Positions 21,835 to 31,506 of a DNA stretch of 64,000 nucleotides are shown here, piece by piece; position 1 is the first letter of the stretch, and each line of letters starts with the position of its first letter. Below the pieces are notes generated by a model that was given only the letters and a program-made list of their open reading frames with translations, did not search any database and was not told where the DNA came from. Source of the DNA: an uncultured cyanobacterium (GTDB lineage Bacteria; Cyanobacteriota; Cyanobacteriia; Cyanobacteriales; CAWCAG01); assembly GCA_963793425.1 (NCBI GenBank), contig CAWCAG010000007.1, forward strand, positions 128,001 to 192,000, given 5' to 3'. A program made the position numbers and the translations under genes.

Positions 21835-23460
21835 TCATAGCCCAATGTTACAGCGATAGAGCTGATAAGGATAACTACCTAATCGATAAAATTGGCTATT
21901 GTCAATATTACACTGAGTTCCCTTAGTAATCTGGATACTAGGAGGAAAGCTTTCATCTAGAAATCCGGGAGCAATTAACCATAGATTGGTTGGGGAAACG
22001 GGTAGTTGAGATATTTTTTGCCAAAGTTTTTCCTGTTCGGAGGAATTGTTTAGGAAAACAAAGTTAGTTTCTCGATTTTCTGGTCTTGCGTCTTTTAAGG
22101 CTAAGGCATAACTTAGTCCTAGTGCCAGATCAAGGGAGTTATCGTAGGGAAAGACTATTAATACAGCTTCTGGAAATTGGTTGAAATGATTAGCTACGGC
22201 AGCAGGAACAAAAGGTTTTTGAAAGGCAAGGTTAAAGGTGACGAAAAGAGAACTGATGATGCCGATACAAGTAACAGAGAAAGGAAAGGTGTTTTGGGAT
22301 TTCTTAGTAGTTAAACTTGCTGCTAGTAGGCACTCAAAAGCAGGAAAATAGATGAAACTGTAGCGAGGGACGACGGTAATATCTTTTTTTAAGCCATAAA
22401 CTAGGGCGAGAAATTCTAGTAATACTATAGTTAGAAAGCAAGTAAGGGTAAAGGTGGAAATACTAAAGTGTTTCTGTTGTCGTAGTTGTCTGAATCCTCT
22501 CCAAGTTTGCCAAGCAATCCAAACACCAAAAGCGATGGTGAAAATGATACTAATAATTTGTATTTTTAAGGGTTGATTTTCTACTGGTAAAACAATAATT
22601 GTGGTTGACCAAGCGGCGATTATTTGTAATAAAGGCAGAATATGTTGGGGAGAAGGAAGCCAACTAGTTTTAGGACTGGTGAAGTGTTCTAAGAGGATGG
22701 GTAGCCAAGGGAAAAAGAAGGCAATTATTACTAAGACGGAGAGGCTTAAGGAAGCAAGATTAATTAGTTTTTCTTTTTTTGTTTTTGGTAAGTATAAAAT
22801 TAAGCATAATAGGGTTATAATTTGGGCAATTAAGGCTAAGATGCCGAAATAATGAGTATATAAACTAAGGCTATTAACTCCAATCCAACTAAGCCAAACT
22901 AAAGGATTAAGCTGTTGTTTTTGGAGGTTTTGTTGTATTTTAATTAAACAAATTAATCCTAAAGTGATTAAAAACATAGGCAATGTATAATGCCTAGCTT
23001 CTTGGGAGAGATAAACAGCAAAAGGAGAAGTTGCCATTAAACCCGCTCCTACTAAACCAACTTGGCGGGAAAAGGCTAGGCGATTAAGGTAATAAACTGC
23101 CCCAATTTCTGCGACTCCAATTAAGGCAGAAAAAGCCCGTAATTTCCAAGTTAAGGATTGAGTTAAAGGTGATAAGAAAGTTAGCCAGCTATGGGTTAAA
23201 CAGAAAAATAAAGGTGGATGGGTAGATTGTTGATGTAAATTATTGGCAATGGTGGCACAACTAATTTCAGGATTGAGTCTGAAGAGTGGAGATAAGTTAT
23301 GGGGAGAGAAAAGGACATCAACAGGGACATTATTAAAGTTTTTCCCTAAACTAAATAAAGCAGTGATTACTTCATCTAGCCATAATGGTTTAAGGTCTAA
23401 ATTGAAAAAACGTAAAACTGCTCCTAAGCCCAGAATTAATGTTAGTAACAAATAGTGCAT
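21835..23460 (-). CDS. GT-C fold (family 39-like) membrane glycosyltransferase
   Basis: LRF..L..KPLWLDE, HPPLFF, SQEARHY and many TM helices. Confidence 0.85.
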   Translation of the reverse strand: MHYLLLTLILGLGAVLRFFNLDLKPLWLDEVITALFSLGKNFNNVPVDVLFSPHNLSPLFRLNPEISCATIANNLHQQSTHPPLFFCLTHSWLTFLSPLTQSLTWKLRAFSALIGVAEIGAVYYLNRLAFSRQVGLVGAGLMATSPFAVYLSQEARHYTLPMFLITLGLICLIKIQQNLQKQQLNPLVWLSWIGVNSLSLYTHYFGILALIAQIITLLCLILYLPKTKKEKLINLASLSLSVLVIIAFFFPWLPILLEHFTSPKTSWLPSPQHILPLLQIIAAWSTTIIVLPVENQPLKIQIISIIFTIAFGVWIAWQTWRGFRQLRQQKHFSISTFTLTCFLTIVLLEFLALVYGLKKDITVVPRYSFIYFPAFECLLAASLTTKKSQNTFPFSVTCIGIISSLFVTFNLAFQKPFVPAAVANHFNQFPEAVLIVFPYDNSLDLALGLSYALALKDARPENRETNFVFLNNSSEQEKLWQKISQLPVSPTNLWLIAPGFLDESFPPSIQITKGTQCNIDNSQFYRLGSYPYQLYRCNIGL

Positions 23461-23709
23461 TTGAAAACTGCTAACTGTTCCCGCTAAGGGTCTATTTTAC
23501 GAATCAGGTCGCATAAGTTGAAGTAAAATCTTGATTCCCACATCATACCAAATGCTCTAAACTATTAAGTATTTAATTTACTTGTTGAAGACTAAAGGGG
23601 TAGATGGGGAGAGAAGTTATTAGGCATTGCTACTCTAAAATAAGCTAAAATCAGAACGCGCTTAATGGTAGCCCCGATTAGCAATTAGCAACTAGCCATA
23701 ACTTAAAAA

Positions 23710-26088
23710 ATGTCCCTAGACTCCGAGACAAATTCAATTATTGATTGGGATAATCTTTCTTTAGATTTAACCCAGAATCAATATAAGATACTGCGACAAA
23801 AGGCGATCACAGAGTTACGCCATACCTTACGTAAAGGACAACTTAGCTTAGCAGATTGGCAAAGTGGGGCTATGGCAGTGTCGGCAGTGCCTGGGGCAGG
23901 AAAATCTACTGGTATGGCAGTAGCCGCCGCGATCGCAGTGGCAAGACATCAACTGAATTCTCGCCATCAATTAATTGTGGTTACTTTTACCCGTTCGGCA
24001 GCAGCTAGTATTAAAGGGAAAATCCGGGATCGCCTGAAAAAGTTTCATCTGCCCCAAGGTGGTTTTGTTGTTAATACTCTACACGGTTTGGCACTGAATA
24101 TTGCTACTCGCCATCCTGAATTATCAGGGTTGAATTTAGCAACAGCAACTATCGTCATTCCTACTCCTAGCCACCGCATCATTAGGGCTTGCGTGGAAAA
24201 ATGGCTAGCCCGACATCCCTCCCAATATAAGCTTTTATTAGAAGGGGTGCAATTCGATGGGGAAGAAACAGAGAGGCTGCGTCGTCAATCAGTATTGCGG
24301 ACAGAAGTGTTGCCCAACTTGGCTTATACAATTATTCATGAAGCAAAAAGTTCAGGACTGCTACCGCAACAATTATGGCAGTTGAGTCAGCAACAAGCAG
24401 ATGGCTACAATATTTTAGGGATAGGGGCTGGGTTATATGAACAGTATCAACAAATTATGCGATCGCGGGATTTTGTTGATTATGATGATATGATTCTTGC
24501 GGCTTTGCAGGTTTTAGAGAACCCTGCTGTTCGGCAAATGTGGCAACAACAAGTCTTTGCTGTTTTTGAAGATGAGGCTCAAGATTCTAGCCCTTTGCAA
24601 GAAAAACTGCTTAAAATTCTGGCTACCGATGGCAATGGCACAAATCCGACTGTTAATCTTGTGCGGGTAGGAGATCCTAACCAAGCGATTAATTCAACTT
24701 TCACTCCTGCTGATCCTCTTTATTTTAACTGGTTCTGCGATACTTGCAAAGCTCAAAATAGCCTCTCAACCATGGATCAAGCGGGGCGCAGTAGCCAGAT
24801 TATTATTGATGCGGCTAATTTTGTTCTTCATTGGGTAAATCGGGCTTGTCAGGTCAAAACTGCGGGGGAAGAAAGAGAAATGCTTCTTCCCCAATCCTTC
24901 CGTTTACAAAACATTCGTCCTGTAGATCCTGGAGATCCTCAACGGGATGCCAATCCTAAACCAGAGGGTGCAGGGTTGGAAATTTATACTCCTGTTGATA
25001 TCTGCGAAACTGTAGACTTAATTGGTAAGAGGATTAAGGATTTATTTACCCAAAATCCACAAACCAACGCGGCTGTTTTGGTTAGAGAAAATCGTCAAGG
25101 GCGTTTTGTGGCCGAAAAACTGCACCATTTGCAAAAAGAACAGAATATTCCCATTTATGAAGTGGGGGAAGCAGAACGCCACTCCCATATTCCCATTGAA
25201 ATCCTCAAATTACTCAAATTCTTAGATCGTCCCCATTCTCCAGATTATTTAAAAGGGGCTTTAGAAGTATTAGAGAAACGTAGTTTAGTCGCTACTCAAG
25301 ACTTAAATGCTTTGGCAACCTTTCCGGAACAGTTCCTTTATCCTAGTTCTTTAGATCCTGCCCAAAAACCTCAAGTAGAACAAGCGAAGAAGTTTTGTTG
25401 CAACCTGCTTAAAGCCCGGTTGCAACTGCCCCACTACCAACTTATTTCTTTCCTTGCCCTCAGTTTGCAATATACAGGTTCAGAACTGGCTACGGCACAG
25501 AAGTTAGCAGAAAGGATTAGTAAGGAAACTGTGGGTAAGAGTTCTTTGCAAACAACTTTAGAAGTGTTAGGAGAAATCGTTAACTCAGAACAGTTTGAAG
25601 CCGTAGGAGAAGAAAGCGAGGATCAATATACGAAAAAAGGGCAGTTAACTATTATCACCATGCACAAAGCAAAGGGTTTAGATTGGGATTATGTTTTCCT
25701 ACCCTTCTTACACGAAGACTCTATTCCTGGTAAACCCTGGGTTCCCAATGCCGCTAAATTCTTGGGTAACTTTACTTTAGCAGAAGTCGCCCGCGCCCAA
25801 ATTCGTGCCGGGGTACACAGCCAACACCTCCAACCAGATTTACCCCTGAATTTGCCCCAACCAGAACAAGCTTGGCAAGAAGCAGGCTATTTAAAGAAAG
25901 CTGAAGAGTTTCGCCTTTTATATGTTGCTATGACGAGGGCAAAACGTTTGTTATGGATGTCTGCTGCCCAAGAAGGGCCTTTTCGTTGGAATACTTTCCG
26001 CAGTTTCCAAGCAACCAATTTTCAAAGTAAGAATCCTTGTCCGGTTATTCCAGCTTTAAAGCAAAAGTTTCCTAATTCTGTTCAATGA
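23710..26088 (+). CDS. UvrD/REP-family ATP-dependent helicase
   Basis: AVPGAGKS, TFTRSAA, DEAQD, VGDPNQAI, TMHKAKGLDWD and RLLYVAMTRA. Confidence 0.93.
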   Translation: MSLDSETNSIIDWDNLSLDLTQNQYKILRQKAITELRHTLRKGQLSLADWQSGAMAVSAVPGAGKSTGMAVAAAIAVARHQLNSRHQLIVVTFTRSAAASIKGKIRDRLKKFHLPQGGFVVNTLHGLALNIATRHPELSGLNLATATIVIPTPSHRIIRACVEKWLARHPSQYKLLLEGVQFDGEETERLRRQSVLRTEVLPNLAYTIIHEAKSSGLLPQQLWQLSQQQADGYNILGIGAGLYEQYQQIMRSRDFVDYDDMILAALQVLENPAVRQMWQQQVFAVFEDEAQDSSPLQEKLLKILATDGNGTNPTVNLVRVGDPNQAINSTFTPADPLYFNWFCDTCKAQNSLSTMDQAGRSSQIIIDAANFVLHWVNRACQVKTAGEEREMLLPQSFRLQNIRPVDPGDPQRDANPKPEGAGLEIYTPVDICETVDLIGKRIKDLFTQNPQTNAAVLVRENRQGRFVAEKLHHLQKEQNIPIYEVGEAERHSHIPIEILKLLKFLDRPHSPDYLKGALEVLEKRSLVATQDLNALATFPEQFLYPSSLDPAQKPQVEQAKKFCCNLLKARLQLPHYQLISFLALSLQYTGSELATAQKLAERISKETVGKSSLQTTLEVLGEIVNSEQFEAVGEESEDQYTKKGQLTIITMHKAKGLDWDYVFLPFLHEDSIPGKPWVPNAAKFLGNFTLAEVARAQIRAGVHSQHLQPDLPLNLPQPEQAWQEAGYLKKAEEFRLLYVAMTRAKRLLWMSAAQEGPFRWNTFRSFQATNFQSKNPCPVIPALKQKFPNSVQ

Positions 26089-26186
26089 GTAGAAAAGCAA
26101 GGTGTATAGAACAACTAAATTAATAAGTTTAAAATGGTTTTTCTTCAAGGCAGTTTCGTTGAGGAGTTAAAAGTTGATTGAAAACT

Positions 26187-26235
26187 GCTTTTCAGGGCGC
26201 ACCTTTTCCACCATGTACAGAATACCATGTCAAGG
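26187..26235 (-). repeat. Dispersed repeat core, copy B
   Basis: Reverse complement CCTTGACATGGTATTCTGTACATGGTGGAAAAGGTGCGCCCTGAAAAGC; 2 mismatches to copy A over the first 38 bp. Confidence 0.85.
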
Positions 26236-26731
26236 ACGCTTTGCAACAGCTCAAAACTACTTTTAAGCCCATTTAATTTAATTGGCAAGATTACATAAGC
26301 AATAATTCAATTGCATTCAGTTGGTGATTAAATATTCTAAATTTACATAACTTCAACTAAAAAAATGTCAAGCCCAAAAAATTCTTGCAAAGGTCGCATT
26401 TACGTGGTTTAATGGGAAAATTAAAAAATCATTCTCTCCCCTTGCGGCCAAAATTAAAAGTAGGTTTCTACAAGCTTGATAAACCGTTGATTGAGATGTG
26501 ATTTTAAGAGAAATTATAGCTATTTAAAATTTTTGGTTGCACAAATTTTGAGGCAATCTTAAAAGTTTTTTTGACCAATTTCTCTTTTTGTGGTATAGAA
26601 ACTTTTTCTCTGAAGATTGTATATATGCGATGCAATCCCCTTGTACAGGCTTACAATCTTTTTTTCCAAGACACATTAATTATCAGACAATCTATCTAAC
26701 TGATCATTGATCATTGATAACTGTAAGACTT

Positions 26732-27283
26732 ATGCCAGATATCACCCCAATCTTCCCTCTACCTACCATCTTGCTGCAAATATTGCTGCTGTTGGTCACT
26801 ATTGCCATTGAAGCACTATTGCTACACAACAGACTGCTGATGAGTCGCAAAACTAGTGTGGAATATTCCATTTCTCTGAACTTATTTTCCACAGCCTTTT
26901 GTTGGATGATTTTTCTCTATACCCAAGCCGCTTTAACACCAAGAACTCAAATTAAGCTCATCAACTACGTTTTTTTCAACCGCTCCCTCATTGAACAAAC
27001 TGCCTATGAAGAGATTAATCAAATACTCCTCATTATAGGGGTAGTAAGTTTCTTCGTTATTTGTTTAATTGAATACAAGCTTGTTGATATACTACAAGCG
27101 ATATTAGAGCCAGAAAGTCTGCAAAAAGACAGTGCTGGAGATGCCCCCCTTTCTTTAATGGAAGCAAATCGCAAAAATAGAGCCAAAAGACGGCTTGATA
27201 ACCGTAAACTCAACACTGTCTTTCTTGCCAATGCTCTAAGTACCCTTGCGGGGGCCGCACTTATCTTAATTGCCACTTTTTAA
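26732..27283 (+). CDS. fraC: Filament integrity / septal protein FraC
   Basis: FPL..IL.Q.LLLLV.IAIEA..L..RL..SRKTSVEY..S.NLFS; first gene of a three-gene operon. Confidence 0.85.
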   Translation: MPDITPIFPLPTILLQILLLLVTIAIEALLLHNRLLMSRKTSVEYSISLNLFSTAFCWMIFLYTQAALTPRTQIKLINYVFFNRSLIEQTAYEEINQILLIIGVVSFFVICLIEYKLVDILQAILEPESLQKDSAGDAPLSLMEANRKNRAKRRLDNRKLNTVFLANALSTLAGAALILIATF

Positions 27284-28277
27284 AACTTTTTTTGAGGGAA
27301 GAGTGAAGAACATAGCAAGTAATGTCGGTAAAAGCTTTAACCAAACTTTTAGGCAAGTTAGAACTCAACTAACTCCTCCTAATGCCTATTCTTGGCAAAC
27401 TCTGATTTGGCTGAGTGTATTTTCTGTAGCTATGGCTTGGATAGCTACAGATTGGGCGCGGGGTTTTATCTCTATTTTCGGTTGGCTATTTTTAATCACA
27501 GGTTTTAGTTGGGCTGCCAAGGAAAATTCCATACCCTTATGGCCTTGGATTACAGGAGCGCTAATTTGTTTTTGGATTTTTGGTAGTGCTAATGTTGAGG
27601 AGCGAGAAAGTCTTCCTAGTTTGGCGATAGTTTGTTGGCCTTTAATTTCAGCTTTGGTGATTATTTTTGGTAAAAGTATTAATACGGATTTTAGACCGAA
27701 AACTCCCTCTAAAGCAGAACGCCAAAATTTAATCATTTTGGTAGGAACTCAACTTCTGTTGAGTTGTTGGCTACAATTTTATTTCTTAACCCAAGAATGG
27801 GTGAATGAATATCCTAGTCTGATCGCCGATGATTTTACTAACAGCGACTTTGTCGTTAAGCTCGATGTCCCAGGAAGAAGTTATCCCCGTGCTGTAGAAA
27901 TTCTTAACTTAATTGGTCAAAAAATAGAAACTCAATTAGACGGGACTCCCTGGACTCAAGTAGAACAATGGTTATTAGAAGAAGGTAGACAAGAAAGATT
28001 ACTAGTCCTTAAAGAGGAAGTTTTTACTGAAGAAGAAATAGCTGAAGTACCAGAAGATCAATTTTGGCAGTTTAATTCTGTTGCTTCTACTGAAGGAGCA
28101 GGATATGACTTAAAACTAGAAGCTAATTGGGAAGGGCCAGGTTCTCAGCGGGAATTTTATAATAGTGAGAAGAGTTGTCTGATTACACCCACTTTTTCCA
28201 CCCAACGCGCCCTTAGTGTTGGTAGAGTTGAATGCGATGAAGCTGCCACTGAAAAGGAGAAACAACCGGAGATATGA
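27270..28277 (+). CDS. fraD: Septal junction protein FraD (DUF5357-like)
   Basis: PP.AYSWQTLIWLS, SCW.QF.F..Q.W...YPSL.ADDF..S.FV and a C-terminal Cys pair. Alternative GTG start at 27303. Confidence 0.8.
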   Translation: MPLFKTFFEGRVKNIASNVGKSFNQTFRQVRTQLTPPNAYSWQTLIWLSVFSVAMAWIATDWARGFISIFGWLFLITGFSWAAKENSIPLWPWITGALICFWIFGSANVEERESLPSLAIVCWPLISALVIIFGKSINTDFRPKTPSKAERQNLIILVGTQLLLSCWLQFYFLTQEWVNEYPSLIADDFTNSDFVVKLDVPGRSYPRAVEILNLIGQKIETQLDGTPWTQVEQWLLEEGRQERLLVLKEEVFTEEEIAEVPEDQFWQFNSVASTEGAGYDLKLEANWEGPGSQREFYNSEKSCLITPTFSTQRALSVGRVECDEAATEKEKQPEI

Positions 28278-29047
28278 ATGTCGTCAGGATCTGGACAATT
28301 GCAGCTAATGGCTTTCGGGAAGTTATTCGCGATCGCATCTTTTATATTATTGGCTTTTTTACTTTAGTTTTAATTATTGCCCTGCGTCTATTGCCGGAAG
28401 TCGCTTTAAGTGCGGATAAAAAAATCTTTTTGGATTTTGGTTTAGGGGCAATTGGTTTTTTGAGTGCCTTGGTAGCTATTTTTGTTGGTACGGGGTTGGT
28501 TAATAAAGAGATTGAAAAGCGTACAGTTTTAGTTTTAATTCCTAAGCCTCTAACTAGGGCAGAATTGATTGTGGGCAAGCACTTAGGCTTGGTTGCTGTA
28601 TTAGCTACACTAGTTGCGGTGATGACAGCAATTTACTTAAGCTTACTAGGTCTATCACAGATTTATTACCCAACAGGAACTATTTTAATATCTTTGCTTT
28701 ATCTGCTCATAGAATTGGGCTTAATCATTGCTGTGGCGTTGATGTTCGGTGTTTTGACTAGTTCTATATTAGGAACCCTGCTTACTTTTGGGGTTTATCT
28801 GATGGGACATTTTAGTCAAGATTTAGTAGAATTAAGTAAGATTACTGAAAATCCTGGCATTGAGCTTTTGACTCAAGCTCTTTATCTAATAATCCCGGAT
28901 TTATCAAGGTTGAATCTAAGGGATGAAGCAGTTTACGGCTTGCTTCCTGCCCCTGTTACCCTCTGGAGTAATGCTTTGTATGGAATAATCTATACAGTGT
29001 TATTACTAGCAATTACTATCTTTATTTTCTCTCGTCGTGAGTTTTAA
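28274..29047 (+). CDS. fraE: ABC-2 type permease FraE
   Basis: IA.N.FREVIRDR, KEIEKRTV..LIPKP..R and FSRREF; ATGA overlap with fraD. Confidence 0.8.
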   Translation: MNVVRIWTIAANGFREVIRDRIFYIIGFFTLVLIIALRLLPEVALSADKKIFLDFGLGAIGFLSALVAIFVGTGLVNKEIEKRTVLVLIPKPLTRAELIVGKHLGLVAVLATLVAVMTAIYLSLLGLSQIYYPTGTILISLLYLLIELGLIIAVALMFGVLTSSILGTLLTFGVYLMGHFSQDLVELSKITENPGIELLTQALYLIIPDLSRLNLRDEAVYGLLPAPVTLWSNALYGIIYTVLLLAITIFIFSRREF

Positions 29048-29129
29048 TTAGTAACAAAGATAAAATTCCTTTGGTAAAACAGATATCCTAGAAACTAAGA
29101 GCAAAAAAAATCCTGCCACAGACATCCTT

Positions 29130-30416
29130 ATGATGCTGCAAAATTCTTTGTTGAATTTCCCAGAAAAACAACAAAATAGTAGTTTAATTCACTTTCAGCA
29201 ACAACTGCAATACCAAGAAGTGATAAATTTGTTGCTACACAAAATGAGTGAAACTCCTGTTGTTGAAGATATTTTACAAACGGCAGTTAATCTTTTGCAA
29301 GAGGCTTTAGGAGTAAGTCGTTGTTTGATTTTTCGTCCCCTCTCTCCAGAAAATCCCGCAGAAGTTAGTTATGTTTTGGAAGCTACAGAGGAAGAGGAAA
29401 GTTTAATTGGCTTTACTAGCGCTTTTTATAGCTATTATTATCCTTCTCTTAAGCAAGGCGAAGGGATTATCTTAAATAGAATTGAGCCACACTTAGCAGC
29501 CCCTGTACAAGAAGCAGCCAGCAAACTTAACTTCCATTCAGCTTTGGTTATACCTATTATTTATCAACAACAATATTTAGGGGGAATTGCTTTTCACGAT
29601 TGTCAACAAGAGTATCAATGGACAGAAGCAGAAATCAATTTAGGTACGATAGTAGCTAGCCAAATAGCCATAACCCTAAACCAAGCCCAACAACAAATTC
29701 GTCTTCGGGAATTAGAAGCAGAAAATCAAACTAAAACAGCTTTCCTTGATCATACTAGCCATGAACTTCGCACCCCTTTAACAGGTATTTTAGGCTTTTC
29801 TCGTGTTTTAATAGACCAACTCTATGGTCCTTTAAATGATAAACAACTTCAGTATCTCCAAGGTATTTTTTCCTGTGGTGAACATTTACTTTCTCTAATC
29901 AACGACTTACTAGATTTATCTAAAGTGGATGCAGATAGAGAAGAACTTTATTGGGAAAATATACCAGTAGAAGAGTTATGTCTTGCAACGCTTTCTTTAG
30001 TGCAGGAAAAAGCCAAAGAAGAAGGGCTAGAATTATTATTGGAAATTGAGCCAGGAATTACTACCTGTAAAGCCGACCAGAGGCGATTAAAACAGATTTT
30101 GGTTAATTTACTATCTAATGCGGTTAAGTTCACTGAATCTGGCTCTATAACCCTGAAAGTGGCGAGAAACGAGCAAGGGATGATCTTTTCAGTAATTGAT
30201 ACCGGTATTGGCATCAGCGAAACCAATCAAAAGAAACTTTTCCAACCCTTTACTCAAATCGAAAGTCACCTCAACCGCAAACATAAAGGTACAGGTTTAG
30301 GTTTAGCTTTATCCAGAAAGTTAGCTAGACTTCACGGCGGTGATATTACCCTCTCTTCTCAACCAGGGCAAGGTAGTTGCTTTGCTGTTAGTTTGCCGTT
30401 ACAACAGGATAAGTAA
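29130..30416 (+). CDS. GAF sensor histidine kinase
   Basis: SHELRTPL, NLLSNAVKFT, DTGIG and GTGLGL, with an N-terminal GAF domain. Confidence 0.93.
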   Translation: MMLQNSLLNFPEKQQNSSLIHFQQQLQYQEVINLLLHKMSETPVVEDILQTAVNLLQEALGVSRCLIFRPLSPENPAEVSYVLEATEEEESLIGFTSAFYSYYYPSLKQGEGIILNRIEPHLAAPVQEAASKLNFHSALVIPIIYQQQYLGGIAFHDCQQEYQWTEAEINLGTIVASQIAITLNQAQQQIRLRELEAENQTKTAFLDHTSHELRTPLTGILGFSRVLIDQLYGPLNDKQLQYLQGIFSCGEHLLSLINDLLDLSKVDADREELYWENIPVEELCLATLSLVQEKAKEEGLELLLEIEPGITTCKADQRRLKQILVNLLSNAVKFTESGSITLKVARNEQGMIFSVIDTGIGISETNQKKLFQPFTQIESHLNRKHKGTGLGLALSRKLARLHGGDITLSSQPGQGSCFAVSLPLQQDK

Positions 30417-30488
30417 TCAGTAAGGAATATGTGATTTAATCTTAACTATTTGCTATTGTTTCTTTTCATCTCACTCTAAAGTTTTTAT

Positions 30489-31298
30489 ATGAATAAATTA
30501 GCACAATTAAGAAACATTTTTATCGAAATGGAAGCGGCATTGATTGCCTACTCTGGAGGTATTGATAGTACTTTGGTCGCTAAAGTTGCTCAGGATGTTT
30601 TAGGGAATCGCGCTTTAGCGATTACGGCAGTATCTCCTTCTTTGTTACCAGAAGAATTGGAAGATGCTAAGTTACAAGCAGCAGAAATTGGTATTCGCCA
30701 CGAGTTGGTAGATACCAACGAGATGGATAATCCTGATTACACTGCTAACCCCGTTAACCGCTGTTATTTTTGCAAAAGTGAACTTCACGATACCCTTAAA
30801 CCCATTGCCCTAGAAAGGGGTTATCCTTATGTTATTGATGGGGTGAATGGTGATGATCTCAGAGATTATCGCCCCGGCATCCAAGCCGCTAAAGAAAGAG
30901 GGGCGCGATCGCCTTTAGCAGAAATTAGTATTACCAAAGCAGAAGTACGGCAGCTTTCTCAACAATTGGGTTTACCTTGGTGGAATAAACCCGCCCAACC
31001 TTGTTTAAGTTCCCGTTTTCCTTATGGAGAAGAAATTACTGTGGAGAAATTACAAAGAGTTGGTAGGGCTGAAGTTTACCTGCGGCGTAGAGGATGGCAA
31101 AATCTGCGAGTACGTTCAGTTGGTGATGTCGCCAGGATTGAATTGCCCCCGGAACAAATTAAGGAGTTTGTTTTAACTACAGATTTACCAACTTTAACTA
31201 AAGCTTTTCAAGGCTACGGGTTTATCTACGTTACTTTAGACTTGGAAGGTTACAGCAGCGGTAAGTTAAATCGGGTTTTAGATAGTGCCAAGGTTTAA
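30489..31298 (+). CDS. larE: ATP-dependent sulfur transferase, LarE family
   Basis: AYSGGIDS, NRCYFCK, DYRPG and CLSSRFPYG. Confidence 0.9.
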   Translation: MNKLAQLRNIFIEMEAALIAYSGGIDSTLVAKVAQDVLGNRALAITAVSPSLLPEELEDAKLQAAEIGIRHELVDTNEMDNPDYTANPVNRCYFCKSELHDTLKPIALERGYPYVIDGVNGDDLRDYRPGIQAAKERGARSPLAEISITKAEVRQLSQQLGLPWWNKPAQPCLSSRFPYGEEITVEKLQRVGRAEVYLRRRGWQNLRVRSVGDVARIELPPEQIKEFVLTTDLPTLTKAFQGYGFIYVTLDLEGYSSGKLNRVLDSAKV

Positions 31299-31329
31299 TT
31301 AATTAATCATCAGGTCTTGTATTTTTCTC

Positions 31330-31378
31330 CCTTGACATGATATTATGTACATGGTGGAAAAGGTGCGTCCTGAAAAGC
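31330..31378 (+). repeat. Dispersed repeat core, copy A
   Basis: CCTTGACATGATATTATGTACATGGTGGAAAAGGTGCGTCCTGAAAAGC. Confidence 0.85.
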
Positions 31379-31458
31379 CGTTTCCCAAACTATTTTTGCC
31401 CTTCAGTTATCTTTAAGCTCAAAAACTAATGATTAGTTTTGTTTAAAGTGTTTAATTT

Positions 31459-31506
31459 TTAGCCACAGTTTATACAATGGGAAAAGTTACTCACTAACTT
31501 AGTACC
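31459..31506 (+). promoter_or_regulatory. Conserved kinase promoter/leader, copy 1 (-10 TACAAT at 31473)
   Basis: AGTTTATACAAT motif with the -10 starting 34 nt before the ATG, as in the other two kinases. Confidence 0.6.

Noticed and set aside
31330..31357. The repeat core as a Xer dif site or sigma70 promoter
   Set aside because: CCTTGACATGA resembles a XerD arm, but the other arm does not match at 6-bp spacing. TTGACA has no credible -10 at 16-18 bp.
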